Positions 24,038 through 36,660 are shown, numbered from the whole stretch's first letter. The stretch is DNA of 63,981 nt, filler included, from Reticulomyxa filosa (GCA_000512085.1; 19 parts of 19 records of this genome joined end to end with filler, not necessarily neighbours in it); one strand, 5' to 3'. Translations and numbers: made by a program. The notes: generated from the letters alone by a model not told the origin.

Positions 24038-27000
24038 AGACGAGGAGGACGAGGATGACGACAACGAAGACGATGACGAAGAAGAAGAAGAAGAAGAGGA
24101 AGAAAGGGAGGAGGACGACAACAAAGAAGAAAAAGAAGAAAAGAAAAACAGGGATGCAAATAGCAACGCTAGTAAAACAAAGCCAAAGACAGTTCAAAGC
24201 GTAACAAATGGCGAAACGAAAGAAAACAACTTGGCAATTGGTACAAACAAAAATGAAGAAAAAGAAAAACGCAATCTGTTGGTAGCAAATTCAATGACAA
24301 AGCCAACATCAACATCAACATCAACACCAACATCAACATCAACAGCAGCAAAGTCTTTTCAAGGACTGGCCATACCGACAATGCCAGTGGCAACTGCGAA
24401 CAATTTTTCAAGTTTGAACAAGGCCTTGCGCAAGCAACAAAAAAGCGAAGAAAAGAAACAACAAGGCACAATTGAGAGCAATGTACCGAAAGTGAACAAA
24501 GAAAGGGATGCGCAAGCCGTGGTCAACAACAACGAGGAAAAGAGTGCAGACACGGCAAGCGAGAAAAACAAACTGTCGTTGTTGGAAAGTAGTCGTACCG
24601 AGCTCTCTCCAAGTCCGAGCATCGAAAAAGATATTCCAGCTACTGATTATGCTTCGACAGATCTTGAAAGACACTTTCATGTCACTGTCACCAAACCCAA
24701 TGATGATGATGATGACGATGACGATTATCACCAAGGAAACGGAGTACATCCCCGTAGAAGGCTCGAGCGGCCCACGGCCTATGTCAACGTCAATTATGTT
24801 GCGTATACTTTACTATTTATCTATCTATTTAATTTAACAAAAACAAAACAAAACAAACATATACATATACACATATACATATACACATATACATATGTAT
24901 ACGTATTCTTTTTTTTTTTTTTTTTGGATGCTTCGTACATGTACATACGTATTACACAAAGTCTATGGATATGTACATTTGATGTGGATACAGTTGACGC
25001 CGCTTCCCGATTTGCAGCGTCACAGAGAAAGTACGCAAATAGACGAAGGGTCAGAAGAGTGGAAACAACTCGAATTACTACGTCAGCAACTCCGCGATGA
25101 ATATGGAGTATTGCCATACGAACATAAAGCAGCTGAAAACAATGACCCTTCCAATTGCGACAGTAATAAAGACAGTTCACTTTCGAACACACGTGAACAC
25201 AAAACTAATACTGATGTCAATGTCAATGTCAATGGCAATGTCAATGTCAATGTCAATGTCAATGGCAATGGCAATGAAAATAGCCATTCTTTCTCGCCCT
25301 CTTCCTTTACAAATACCACCAACGAAAATAATTTGAGCAGCACGTTGTGGACGCAGATCATGAAGGATGTCAATCGCACGCTTCAATATCGCTCTTTTTT
25401 TCGAAAAGTTTCCAGCAAATACTCACTAGGAAATGTGTTATACGTTTGGGTGCGGTCGCGGAGTCGGGACAACACTTATTTGCAAGGAATGAATGAATTG
25501 GCAGCAATCATCACTTGTGCCATCTCTTACGATTATCAGCAGATGTTGGAAAATAAGAACTTGTACGGTATATATTTACTTTGTGCTTGAGTTGTTTGTT
25601 TGCTTCTTATTTTGCAGTGCACAAACACGTAAAGAACTAATAATGACAAAGGAATCCAAATGCACATTTGTTTAACTCGACTATGTTTTGGATGCACTTT
25701 TTGAAGAGGAAAAAAAAAAAAAAAAAACAAATCAAAACAAAAAACATGTTGTAGGAAAGACGATCCGTTATTGAAGGAATTAGTAAATCCTGCATATATG
25801 GAACATGACGTATTCACACTATATTCAGGTGATTTCCAGAAGAAACACACACACAAATGACAAATGTATTATTTGATGTGTATATGTTACGTGTATGTAC
25901 ATACGTATCATATACGTATACGTATTATATATATGTATATATGTACATATACATATACGTATGTTTATACATTGCATGATATAATGTGTATGCATGGTAT
26001 ACAACATAAATTCGGAAAATGCCATAGCATTGATGAAACTAATATCAAATTTTTTTGGCTCTGAAATTCCTCCGAATGAGGTGTTGGAAAATACTTCAGC
26101 AACTTATCATTACAATCAAGGCTTATATGATAGTGGATTAAATGCATCATTGTATTTGAAATTGCATTACATCCAACACAAGTTGTTGAAGCATTTTGAT
26201 TTAAACATTTATGCCCATTTCGAAAAGATTGGCTTGCAACCTCAGTTATACTTGTTGCGCTGGATACGTGTGTTATTCAGTCGCGAGTTTTATATCGACC
26301 AAACTATTCAGTTGTGGGATGAATTGTTTTCCAGTTATTCCCTTATTGAATTTATTGAGTATATTTCCATTGCCATGATCTATAACGTGTATGTTATATA
26401 TGTATACATATATATACACATATATATATATATATATTTATTTTTTTTTTTTTAAAAATTACTTCACTCAATTTGTGTTATGTAGTAAGCTTGCTCTTGT
26501 TTATTTGAACGGACTCACTCCAAAATAAATACAAAGTCGAGACAAACTACTTGAAAGAAAGGACGTATCTGCAATGACAATATTATTAACCTATCCGAAA
26601 CATGAGACAGATGTTCAATCCTTGGCTGATACTGCTCGAAAAATTCAAAAAGGATTGATCAAGCTCGAGTTCGACAAGGAATTGTACTCTCAATTAGCGA
26701 CCAAAAAAGTTCGCAAGTTAGTGAGGATTGCTCAACAAATGTTTAAAAATGTCGATCAAGAAAGCTCTCCCTCGAGAAATAAAGACAGTAATGAAACTCG
26801 AAAATCAACGTACGAAGAATGGATCAATGACAATCAACCAGGAATTCGTGTTCCTGGCTATTGTGATTTGACGCTTTCTGATAAGTTGCGTATTCAACAA
26901 ATCCTCAAAGTGTATAAATCTATTACGTCCACCCAAGATCCTATTCGAATGGGATATTTGGTCAAGCGTGGTGGTGGTAAAGGGGGATTGTTCAGTCGTA

Positions 27001-27056
27001 AGACCTTGAAACTACGATGGTTTGTTATTGAAAATGAAAAATTGGCCTATTACAAA
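22585..27056 (+). CDS. TBC-domain RabGAP (TBC1D5-like) with long low-complexity N-terminus and C-terminal PH domain, multi-exon, partial
   Basis: Catalytic IMKDVNRT and YLQGMNEL motifs, plus EHDVF and LQPQLYLLRWIRVLFSREF..LWDELF. PH start: RMGYLVKRGG....RKTLKLRWFVI...LAYYK. Confidence 0.85.
22894..22968 (+). repeat. 15-bp coding tandem repeat x5 (AMNGK)
   Basis: GCAATGAACGGYAAA units within the TBC gene. Confidence 0.9.
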
Positions 27057-27217
27057 GTTACTTCACATGATGTTTGATTAGAATCTTGTTTTATGCCAAA
27101 AAAAAAANNNNNNNNNNNNNNNNNNNNNNNNNNNNNNNNNNNNNNNNNNNNTTAATTAATTAANNNNNNNNNNNNNNNNNNNNNNNNNNNNNNNNNNNNN
27201 NNNNNNNAAAAAAAAAG

Positions 27218-27717
27218 CTCTTATCGAATTCACTCAATTTCATAATTTTTTATTGACCGTACAAATGAAAGACGCAGGAACAATAGCGACACTAGAGACA
27301 GAGGATATTCGGAAAGATCATAAATTAAGTATTATTCGTTTAAATATTGATGATGATAAATCTAAACCTCTTAACATTTTATCTGATAATCCAACATTCC
27401 ATATTGATTTACCTTCTGATATTGTCCAATCTGAAATTGTATTTAATGATGCACTCACTCCTAATATCAAATTTAAGTTACTTGTAGAAAAGTATATTCT
27501 CAACAATAGTCAATTTGCTTTAAATTTATCTAATCAAAATAGATTTCATCTTATTCAAATTTACAATACAATAAAACATTCATGTAATTTACAACAAATT
27601 GACTATCGCGTTTTTAATTCATGCTCAGCAGAGCTTTATACTTTAATGCACGATAATTTTGCTCGTTTTAAACAATCTGATGTTTATATGAAATATTGCA
27701 AAAGTGTTATTCATTGA
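27218..27717 (+). CDS. RGS-domain protein, C-terminal fragment
   Basis: LIEFTQF, then an insertion, then LVEKYILNNSQFALNLS..VFNSCSAELYTLMHDNFARFKQS, the RGS signature. Confidence 0.8.
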
Positions 27718-28298
27718 ATGTTTATTTTTTTTTTGTCATTGTTTGATTTGCTCATTTTCATTGTTTTAAAAAAAAATGAGTACTCGAACTCAAATGGAGT
27801 AATTTCAGTGATCGAAATTTGAAATCGAATCATTTTAATAAGGACTTATATTTTTTTAAAAAGTGATTATAAATGCTGTTTACATATTTATATATTATTA
27901 ACATTTTTTAAAAATAATCTACATCTTTTGTAATCTCCAAAAGGTATTAAAAAATATATTGTGTCCTAATAAACATTTTGACTTTTGTTTTTTTTTGTGA
28001 AAAAAAAAGCAATAGCCACATATGTGCTGCGCATAATATACTTTTTTGAGCAGTTTCAAGTGACGCAAATACTATGATGACATATGCAATTGAAAAAGAA
28101 TATTAACTTTTTAGTATAAACAAGATGTACCTTGAATTGTATGAATACTAGATTGTATTTACATTCTTATCCAATAAGAGTACTTTTGTTTAAAACTCTT
28201 TTTAAGTGCTTTTTGAAGTTCCTTCGTGAGGATCTTAATTAAAAAAAGTTCCAAGTTCTTTTTCTCTATCATCATTTAGGATATCTCAGAATTGAAAA

Positions 28299-29741
28299 AT
28301 GGGTAATCGTTCCAGTAAAAAAGTAACCCCATCACACTCGCCAGTTAAAAAAGTAGCTCCCTCACACTTGTCAGTTGAAAAAGTAACCCCCTCACGCTCG
28401 CCAGTGGTAAGTTTCGTGTAAGCTCTTCAAAAAAACTGGTCACCTTTAAAAATTGGTTGTATGTGTTAAGATGAGTTGGTCAGAGAAGAAGAAGAAGAAA
28501 TTAAAAAAATTACTCAACATTGGGTTCGAGTGTTAAATATTAAATTAGGGTGGATCAATGATTTTGACAAACTTGTTGTCAAATATGTTAAGTTTTTTAT
28601 TAAATTAAAATGAAAAAAGTTAAATATGTGATCTATTTACAATCTGATATAGGCAACTATTGTGTTTATTTTTGACACATTTCGCTTATCATCTAAATTA
28701 TTGAAAACATTGATTGGACATACTGGTTGTGTGAGAAGTATTGATTGTTCAATATTTAACAATAATAAATTTATTTGTTCTGGATCAGAAGATAAAACAA
28801 TTTGTATATGGAATGTAGAATCTAATAAACAAATACAATTATTAGATGAACATTTATATAAAGTGACTTGTGTAAAATTTTCACGATATCATAATAATTA
28901 TTATAATGATAATGTCATTTGTTCTTCATCAACTGACAAAACAATTAATTTTTGGAAGATTAAAAATAATATACCATTTCAAATATTTAATGAACATACT
29001 GGTGGTGTATATTGTATTGAATTTTCAAAATTTAATGGTGGTCGTTATTTGTGTTCTGGATCATTTGATAAAACAATTCGTTTATGGGATATTGAAACAT
29101 CAAAATCATTACAAATTTTTAATGGACATACAAAAGATATTTGGTGTATTGATATTTCACCATTACAAAGTAATAATAATAATAATAATAATAATATTGG
29201 CATTATTGGTGGTAATGGTTATACTATTTGTTCTGGATCATTTGATAAAACTATACGTATATGGGATATTGAAACAATTAAACAATTAATTATTTTTAAA
29301 GAACATGAAAGTTGTGTAAGTAGTGTAAAATATAAACCAAATGAAGCAGGAAATATAATATTATCTGGATCAAATGATAAAACTGTTCGTTTATGGGATA
29401 TTCGATCTGGTAAAATGATTCAAATATTTTATGGACATAAGAGTAATGTACGATCTGTTGAATATTCGCCATTTGAATTAAATAATAATGAGATTGGTTA
29501 TTATTCAAATGTAATATGTTCTGGATCATTAGATAATACAATTCGTTTTTGGGATATTCGATCAAACAAGAAAGAAATATATATTATTAAAGGAGATGAT
29601 CAAGGAGACGATGGGATATCATGTCTTACATTTTTACAATTAAAAAAGAAAACATCATTAACAAAAAAAAATGAAGAATATGATTGTGGTGTTAATCTTT
29701 GCTATGGTTCAAAAAAAGGTATTATTCGTGTTTGGGGATAA
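28299..29741 (+). CDS. WD40 protein of a lineage-expanded family with predicted N-myristoylation and an N-terminal 'HW.R.L.IKLGWINDFDK' module, 3 exons
   Basis: Exon 1 MGNRSS with a 30-bp repeat x3. Exon 2 QHWVRVLNIKLGWINDFDKLVVKY. Exon 3 has ~7 WD repeats including SPLQSNNN..GGNGYTICSGSFDKTIRIWD. Confidence 0.88.
28317..28406 (+). repeat. 30-bp coding tandem repeat x3 (KKVTPSHSPV)
   Basis: Three diverged copies of AAAAAAGTAACCCCATCACACTCGCCAGTT. Confidence 0.85.
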
Positions 29742-30494
29742 AATTATAGTGTTATGTGCAATTATATAAGCAATTATCAAAGTTAATTAGAATATTGTTT
29801 GAACAGCAAAATTAATTATTTTTTGAAACTTGTTGCGAATCAAACAAATACTTGATAAAATCCATTTTTTGGGACAAATTCTTCTTCTTCCACTTTTTTT
29901 AACATCAGCTTTCTCCATATCCGATTCCGAGTGGTTTTATCTCAAAATCATTAATCCATATGTAATACCTGAATTTAATGTTGAATAATGACAAACAAGA
30001 TACAATAAAAATTTGCTTTCTGAAAGAGTGAAATGTAGTTTATCAATAGTTTTTATTGTATTTATTATTTATTATATATGTTTGCGGTTCAAAAATTACT
30101 TAATATTGTATTTGAACATTAAAGATTAAGTTATGATGGATCAATGACTTTGACAAACTCGTTGTCAATTATGTTGTATTTTCATTGCTATTGTAATCCA
30201 TAATCATTACGCTTTGTTTATAATCCAAATTATCTAAAAATTTCACTAAACATACAAGTGGTTTGCATAATATTGATTATTCAATATTTGATTGTGATTT
30301 TCTGGATCAAAAGATAATACAAGGAGAAAAAATTAAGAATAATCTCTCTAAATTTTTGTTTTTTAAAAATCAAGTTTTGTTTGAATAATTTATTACCGCG
30401 TAAAATAACTTTTTTGTTTTTCAAGAGGGTGATACCACATTCCCCTTTTTAAAAAAATTAAAAACTCTTTAAAAACTTCAGCAACATTAACAAC

Positions 30495-31655
30495 ATGGGT
30501 AATCGAACTACAACACAAAAAGCTCCTCAACATCTTAGTACTTCAACTTACTTTCAACGTTTGAAAGATTTACCTACCTCACTTTCTAACTCTCAATGTG
30601 TGCTACACAAACATGAAATAATCATTTGTGGAGGTTATGGACAAAGAGCTTGTTACTCTTATCATACAATCAAAGACGAATACAAATTTATCTGTGAGTA
30701 TCCAAGTGATGTCCAATTATGGGGACACAGTATAGTGAAACTGGTGGATAATAACAATAACAACAAACGCAACAATGAAATTATTTTACTGTCTTTTGGT
30801 GGATATTAGAATCATGCATTGGTGATGAAATATGTAAGTGTTTGGAGTAAAATATCAAACAAATCAAAAAATTACAATAAATGGATTCCTTTCACAGATA
30901 ATCACAATAATCCAATTATCATTGGAAGATATAAAGATAATAGTTATGTTGGAATGCGTGCATTGATTAGTGGAAGCAACAATCATTTATTATTTATCAC
31001 TTATTATCCAAATAATATTAGTGTGTTTGATTTGAATACATTTCGATTTATTAAACATGATATTCTACTAACTGATAATAATATCTTTTTTCATTGCTTT
31101 GTATTAAATTCAAAAAATGGACAAGGACAAGAAATGATGAAAACAAATCAAAAATATAAACAAAATTATCAAATGCTGTTGTTTTGTTTGAAGACTAGAT
31201 TATCAATTGAATATGATGAAGATGATAACACTTTTCAATTTTATCAATTATCTGTGTGTAAAGATATGCGCCATTCTTTGAATATGCATATGTGTGTATT
31301 AATGATGCTATCTTGTTCTTTGGCGGACAATATTGGAATGACAGATTTAGTGATATAGCTGCTTCAAAATCAGTGCACAAGTATTTAATTCAAGAAAACA
31401 AATGGACAACTTTTGAAAACACTTTGCCCAGTTCATTACATCATTGTGTTGCAATACTAAGTGAAGATAACGATTATATACACATCATTGGAGGAAAATA
31501 TGATACATATAGAGCAGTATCAACTCACATAAAGACTAAAGTGTGTGCATGTGATGTCTCACAGTTGGTAAATATTATTCATTATTGGACTCGAACTTTA
31601 AAAATAAAATTCGGATGAATCGATGATTTTGATAAAATTATTATCGAGTACAGTA
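30495..31655 (+). pseudogene. Kelch-repeat protein pseudogene (lineage-expanded family)
   Basis: Kelch motifs IIICGG..CYSYH, ILFFGG..VHKY....NKW and IHIIGG. Lesions: in-frame TAG at 30807, frameshift near 31268, TGA at 31616 in place of the module's W. Confidence 0.8.
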
Positions 31656-31987
31656 TAAATGCCAGTTTATAGAGATAATCGATTCATTACATTTTTTTTA
31701 GTATAAATAAGAAAATTTGACAATCAAATCATTTGCAAGATTTAATAAAAATGTTGACAAGATAAATACTGTCTTAGCTTGACTAAAACAAAACACGTAA
31801 CAAGAAATTTTTTTATCTTTTTTTAATAAAAATATCATCACCGATTTATTTTCTAAAAACAGAAGAATTCATTTTTGATTGATCTACAATTTTTTTTTTG
31901 TAATAATTTGTTTATTTATTATTTATTTTGATAAAACACAAATAAATTATATTGAATGAAATAATAAATAATAAACAGTCAAAAAAT

Positions 31988-32077
31988 CAAATTAAATTTA
32001 TTATTCAATATTGGATTCGAACTTTAGAGATAAAATTAAAATGGATTGATGATCTTGATCAAATTATTTTTAAATAC
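31988..32077 (+). pseudogene. Isolated copy of the IIQYWIRTLEIKLKWIDD module (gene relic or exon)
   Basis: Translates QIKFIIQYWIRTLEIKLKWIDDLDQIIFKY. Confidence 0.6.
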
Positions 32078-32154
32078 AGATATAATTGATTTTTTCATGA
32101 AGAAGCAAAATTGAAACACTTTAGATATGGTTTTGATTTGACTTTTTATTTTAT

Positions 32155-32191
32155 TACAGTAGGTTGCAAAGAAAACTGAACGCCTAAAACA
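32155..32191 (+). mobile_element. Tc1/mariner-like element terminus
   Basis: TA|CAGTAGGTTGCAAAGAAAACTGAACGCCTAAAACA at the contig end. Confidence 0.65.
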
Positions 32192-32889
32192 NNNNNNNNN
32201 NNNNNNNNNNNNNNNNNNNNNNNNNNNNNNNNNNNTTAATTAATTAANNNNNNNNNNNNNNNNNNNNNNNNNNNNNNNNNNNNNNNNNNNNTAGTGTACC
32301 AATACTATCAGCAGACGTCCCACAAATTGATTAATATCTCAAGAATTTATGTCGTCATATTTACAATTGGATTTCATTGCTAAGTGAACATGTTCAGGTA
32401 TATTAGCTTCTTTGGCATTTTAACTTCGAAATATATTAATTGCTTTTGATGACAATCTTAAAATTCTTAAATAAAATGATTTAATATTTTTTTTTTTGGA
32501 TTACGTATCAAAACAATCCATTGTTCAGTTTATCTATCTTTCATTTAGAATTATTGGAATATAATTTTATTTTGTTCAAGCAAAGTTTTTTTTCACAAAA
32601 GATTCAAAATTTAGAAAACCTTTCACTAACATTTCAATTTTGCATTTAAAAGCACAAACAAAAAAAATCGTTAAAAAAAAAAAGAAAGAAATAAGATTGT
32701 GCGAAGATCAAGGAATCAAAGATCGAAATGCGTAATGAAACGGCAAGACATGTGGTAATGGATGTATGAATTTTGGGCTCGCAAACGCTATGTGTTGAAC
32801 TACATTCAGCCGAAATTGCTCACACTTGGACGATGAGATCTTTCAGATGCTGACCACTTTTGAAAACACATAAAAACAAAGAAGGGGCG

Positions 32890-33115
32890 GTGAGCATATC
32901 ATGAACCAGCAATAGTCTATGGCCTATTTGTCAGAGTCTGAACGACAGTCTTTGATTGATTGGATTTGACTCAAACTTAAAACGTTGGCCAACATTTCAA
33001 GCTTGGAAATCACTTCTTTGTATGGAATACCTGGCACATATGTCATTAGTGCCATCGCCATCATCATCAGCATGGACAACAAGTTAGACCCCAGGGAAAA
33101 GATTGGCCATTGCAA
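32890..33115 (-). pseudogene. Possible LysM-domain pseudogene
   Basis: GDGTNDICARYSIQRSDFQA*N followed by KDC..QIG..YC fragments in mixed frames resembles a Cys-type LysM. Confidence 0.3.
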
Positions 33116-33759
33116 AGTAATGATAACGAAGGGACTTTACAATGTGATGTTTTACGAAAGTTACTTGACGAATATTATGCCAATATTTTTATTCATTTTA
33201 AACCAACTGAAACAACATATTGGACTTATAATTGATTTTAGATTTAAAAGGAGTCTTTTCTTTTTGTTTTAATTTTTATTTCGAACTTAACTTCAATGAC
33301 AACTGTCTTTGCATAATTTCTTGTATAAATATTTTAAATAAACCACAAATTAGCAAATATTGTAATTGCATCTTTTCTTGCATTGTTCGATTAACGTTGC
33401 TTAAAATTTGTGGTGGATTTGGATTGTTGATGTTTTTTCTTATGTGGAATTTGATAAACAATTGGAAGTCATTTGAGTAGCAAAATTAAACAAATTGGAT
33501 GTTTTGACTTTTTAAAAGGGAATACAAACATTCGATCAAATGGAAGATAAACTCATTAATTTCCCATTGCACAGTAACAGTTAGATAAGTGGATGTCCAC
33601 CAGTAAAATGCGCATAATAATNNNNNNNNNNNNNNNNNNNNNNNNNNNNNNNNNNNNNNNNNNNNTTAATTAATTAANNNNNNNNNNNNNNNNNNNNNNN
33701 NNNNNNNNNNNNNNNNNNNNNTACACATATAATACATACACATATGTAAATATAGGAGT

Positions 33760-34735
33760 AACCTAAGGCATATCTTGGAACCAAAGGAATGCTTCCAGAA
33801 ATGAGAGAAAAGTCGTGCAGAGCTTTCTTGAAATCCAAGCCATGGCCAAAGAAATACCAATCTTGCATGTCGTTGTTCCACCAGTTATCCGTTGGAATCC
33901 AATTGTTTTCGATCATTGTTGTGTTCGTATCATTGATTAGCGCGTAGCCATTACGACCAAACACTGCCCAAGTGCAGTGCAAGCTCTCTCCGTGTACTGT
34001 AAATCCTTCCAACTATTAACAATATTCAATATCGATTTTTTTAAAATTTTTTTTTTAAAAAAAAAAAAAAAAAAAAAGGGGGGGAGCATACATAATCACA
34101 GCAGAGTGTGTGTTCCCTTTCCTTCGTGAAGAAAAAAATTTGTCAAGTACCTCACTGCAGTTTAATGGAATTGGATTGTTAATTTCATCCAATGATCGGA
34201 TTGTTCCAAATAAATTGCGACTCCAACTGTTATCACTGCATGTATCACATATACACAAAAAAAAAAAAAAAAAAATTAAACACAAATTATATTGTGAGAC
34301 GTCAAAAAAATTATAACAAAACTCAAATGGATCACCACTTGGTACGTATTGAAATGACTGTCCTGAAACGTTGTAACCACTGATTCGAAGCGATTGCGGA
34401 CCTAATGGCTCGCCTATTATATATTTCACTTGCAGAGCGCTTGTTGTCAAAGTTAATTGGTTTTGTGAAATTGATTGAGTAAATTTTGGCGTTGGTAATA
34501 ATCGGTTTACAATTTTCACTGATGCTCGATCTTCAAACTCTCCATTCAAACTGTTTTTGTAATAAACACACTGTACACAACAAATTTTTCTCTTTTTCTC
34601 TTTCTATCTAACCTGTATTCAATACGTATCAGATTGTCTGTCAGCACGGTGAATCTTGTGGTATTACCAACCACCACGATAGAAGCAGGATTTGCGACAG
34701 GATTATAATTTAATAACTCCCATCCTGAAGTTAAT
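33760..34735 (-). CDS. Glycoside hydrolase family 31 protein, N-terminal portion, spliced, partial
   Basis: YNPVANPASIVVVG..RFTVLTDNLIRIEY|..GEFEDRAS...NR, NLFGTIRSLD, GYALINDT and DWYFFGHGLDFKKALHDFSLISGSIPLVPRYALG. Confidence 0.8.
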
Positions 34736-34929
34736 NNNNNNNNNNNNNNNNNNNNNNNNNNNNNNNNNNNNNNNNNNNNTTAATTAATTAANNNNNNNNN
34801 NNNNNNNNNNNNNNNNNNNNNNNNNNNNNNNNNNNTTTTTTTTTTTTTTTTTTTTTGGGATTTAGTTTTTAAAAAAAAAAAAAAAAAGATGAGCAAAAAG
34901 TAAAGTTTGTGAAATACGTTAGGATACGT

Positions 34930-36660
34930 ACTTGCAAAATCCATCTCTCCATTGCAGGTGACGCAGTCTCGTCCCACACAGCTTCAGTAACTTCTTGTCG
35001 TATTTCTGTCTTTGAGTCTTGTTGAATGTGCTTCCCGGCCAATTGCAGTAATACACTCCCACGATACCAACAACCTTCGATTATCCCTTTATTCATTTTA
35101 TCGGCCAACGCCCCGGACACTAAGTCCGGTGCTCCGTATAAATGTATCCAATGCACTGGATATCCTTCCTCTTTTCCTTCGCTCGCCTTTGCTTTTTCCC
35201 AACTGAACACCTTCATTCCTAACACGTCGTCTTGCACTCCCTTTTTGATTTTTATGTGTGTATTCCACTTCAACGTTACAAGCTTTTTTTTTCTCTCTCT
35301 TTTTTTTTTTTTTTAGCAATCAATTCAGAGAATGTTGTCCTCATTTTTAAAAAAAACTTCAAAAAAATAACAACAAAAAGTACAAACGAAAAAGGTAAAC
35401 ATATCAATTTCACATATGACATATTATATATATGTATATAAATTGCAACATAACAATATCCCAGTCTTTGAACCACACTTTGATTTGATCACCCAACACC
35501 GGTTCCATGACTTTCAGTGTAAGACATTTGCGCACATCGGCTGATAGTTGCTTTTTTATCGGGGATGTGGCAATTTTCGCCGCTGCGAATTCCACTTCCA
35601 CATAAGGATCAGACGAACTACTTGTACGGTCTGCAATGGCCATATGTTCATATCTCCACACATATGTCTTTTTTTTTTTAATTGCAAAAAAAAAAAAAAA
35701 AAACCATGAACAATTGTGTTATCTCTCGTCCATGTACTTATCTTGTCCTTTTTTTTTTTTGTTCCTGTCAATCTTCGTGTATGTCTATGAAGAAAAGATG
35801 GAGGAAGTGCGAAAAAAAAATCTCAACTTTTAATATCCAAGGATCCGGATCTATGGATGGTGGCATCAATGGCTTGAATAAATCTGTGAGTTCTAACATT
35901 TCGTCTTCACTGTGTATGTATTGCTCATCTCCAGGTCCCAACACGACAATGGTCACTTTTAAGAACCCCTGCACTCCTTCGTGCTGGCCAGTCACGTCAA
36001 TCAATGTCACCCATTGGCAAAACAGCTCATGATTTTTTTTGTAATAAATGCTGACCAAGTCAAATTCAAACGACCCTATCAACACATTTCGTCTCAGCAT
36101 ATTTGCATCATATACCATTACTTTGCATTTGCCTTGATTCAAATCTTCTGGTTCCAAATTACGGAATTCAAACGTTAATCTCTCGTCCCATAGTGGGTTT
36201 AAATTTCTTTTTTTTAACACATTGCAAAAAAAAAAAAAAAAAATTAGATTTGCGCAGAATCGGAGTTTTTGTTTTTCCTCTCCCACTTTCACCCTCTCCT
36301 CCTGTTTTCATTACTCTTTGATAATCGAAGTGGTTTTTTTTGCGTCCATCACACGTATTTCAACCATCGGATCAGATGTCGCACCAAAATCTCTATTTGT
36401 AGTATACGTATCGCTTGCATATGAACTATAGACACTTATGACAGATTGCTCAAGAAATTATGTTTTTTTTGAACATGCCGTCCTTTAAGTTCACGCCCTT
36501 CAATTATGTGCACGTGAATGATATAGTCGCCTTTCACAAGTCTTTTCTTGCGTGCCTCTTCATCTGCTTTTTCTTGTTCTTGTGCTTTTGCTTGCTCTTT
36601 TTGTTTCTCTTCAGTTTTTTCTTTTTTGCTTTCACCTTCTCCTTTGTTTTCGTCCGACAT
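34930..36660 (-). CDS. Ferlin-family multi-C2 protein, N-terminal part, spliced, 3' truncated
   Basis: C2 (HIIEGRELKGR|DFGATSDPMV..NPLWDE..IGSFEFDL), FerI-like WVTLID...GVQGFLKVTIVVLGPGD, a second C2, and WIHLYGAP..MNKGIIEGCWYRG. Confidence 0.85.

Noticed and set aside
23673-24471. Multiple overlapping antisense and alternate-frame ORFs (also 58099-58919, 47820-48494, 8514-8893, 99-461)
   Set aside because: They are shadows of trinucleotide or low-complexity sequence that lacks stops in other frames.
27108-27207. Fusion of the TBC-PH gene with the downstream RGS domain
   Set aside because: They are on different contigs, so adjacency across a linker carries no information.
31616-31618. TGA reassigned to Trp (also TGA at a W-like position near 33000)
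   Set aside because: Both loci carry other lesions, and TGA is the normal terminator of NAT9, the RGS gene, the nucleoside hydrolase and eRF3.
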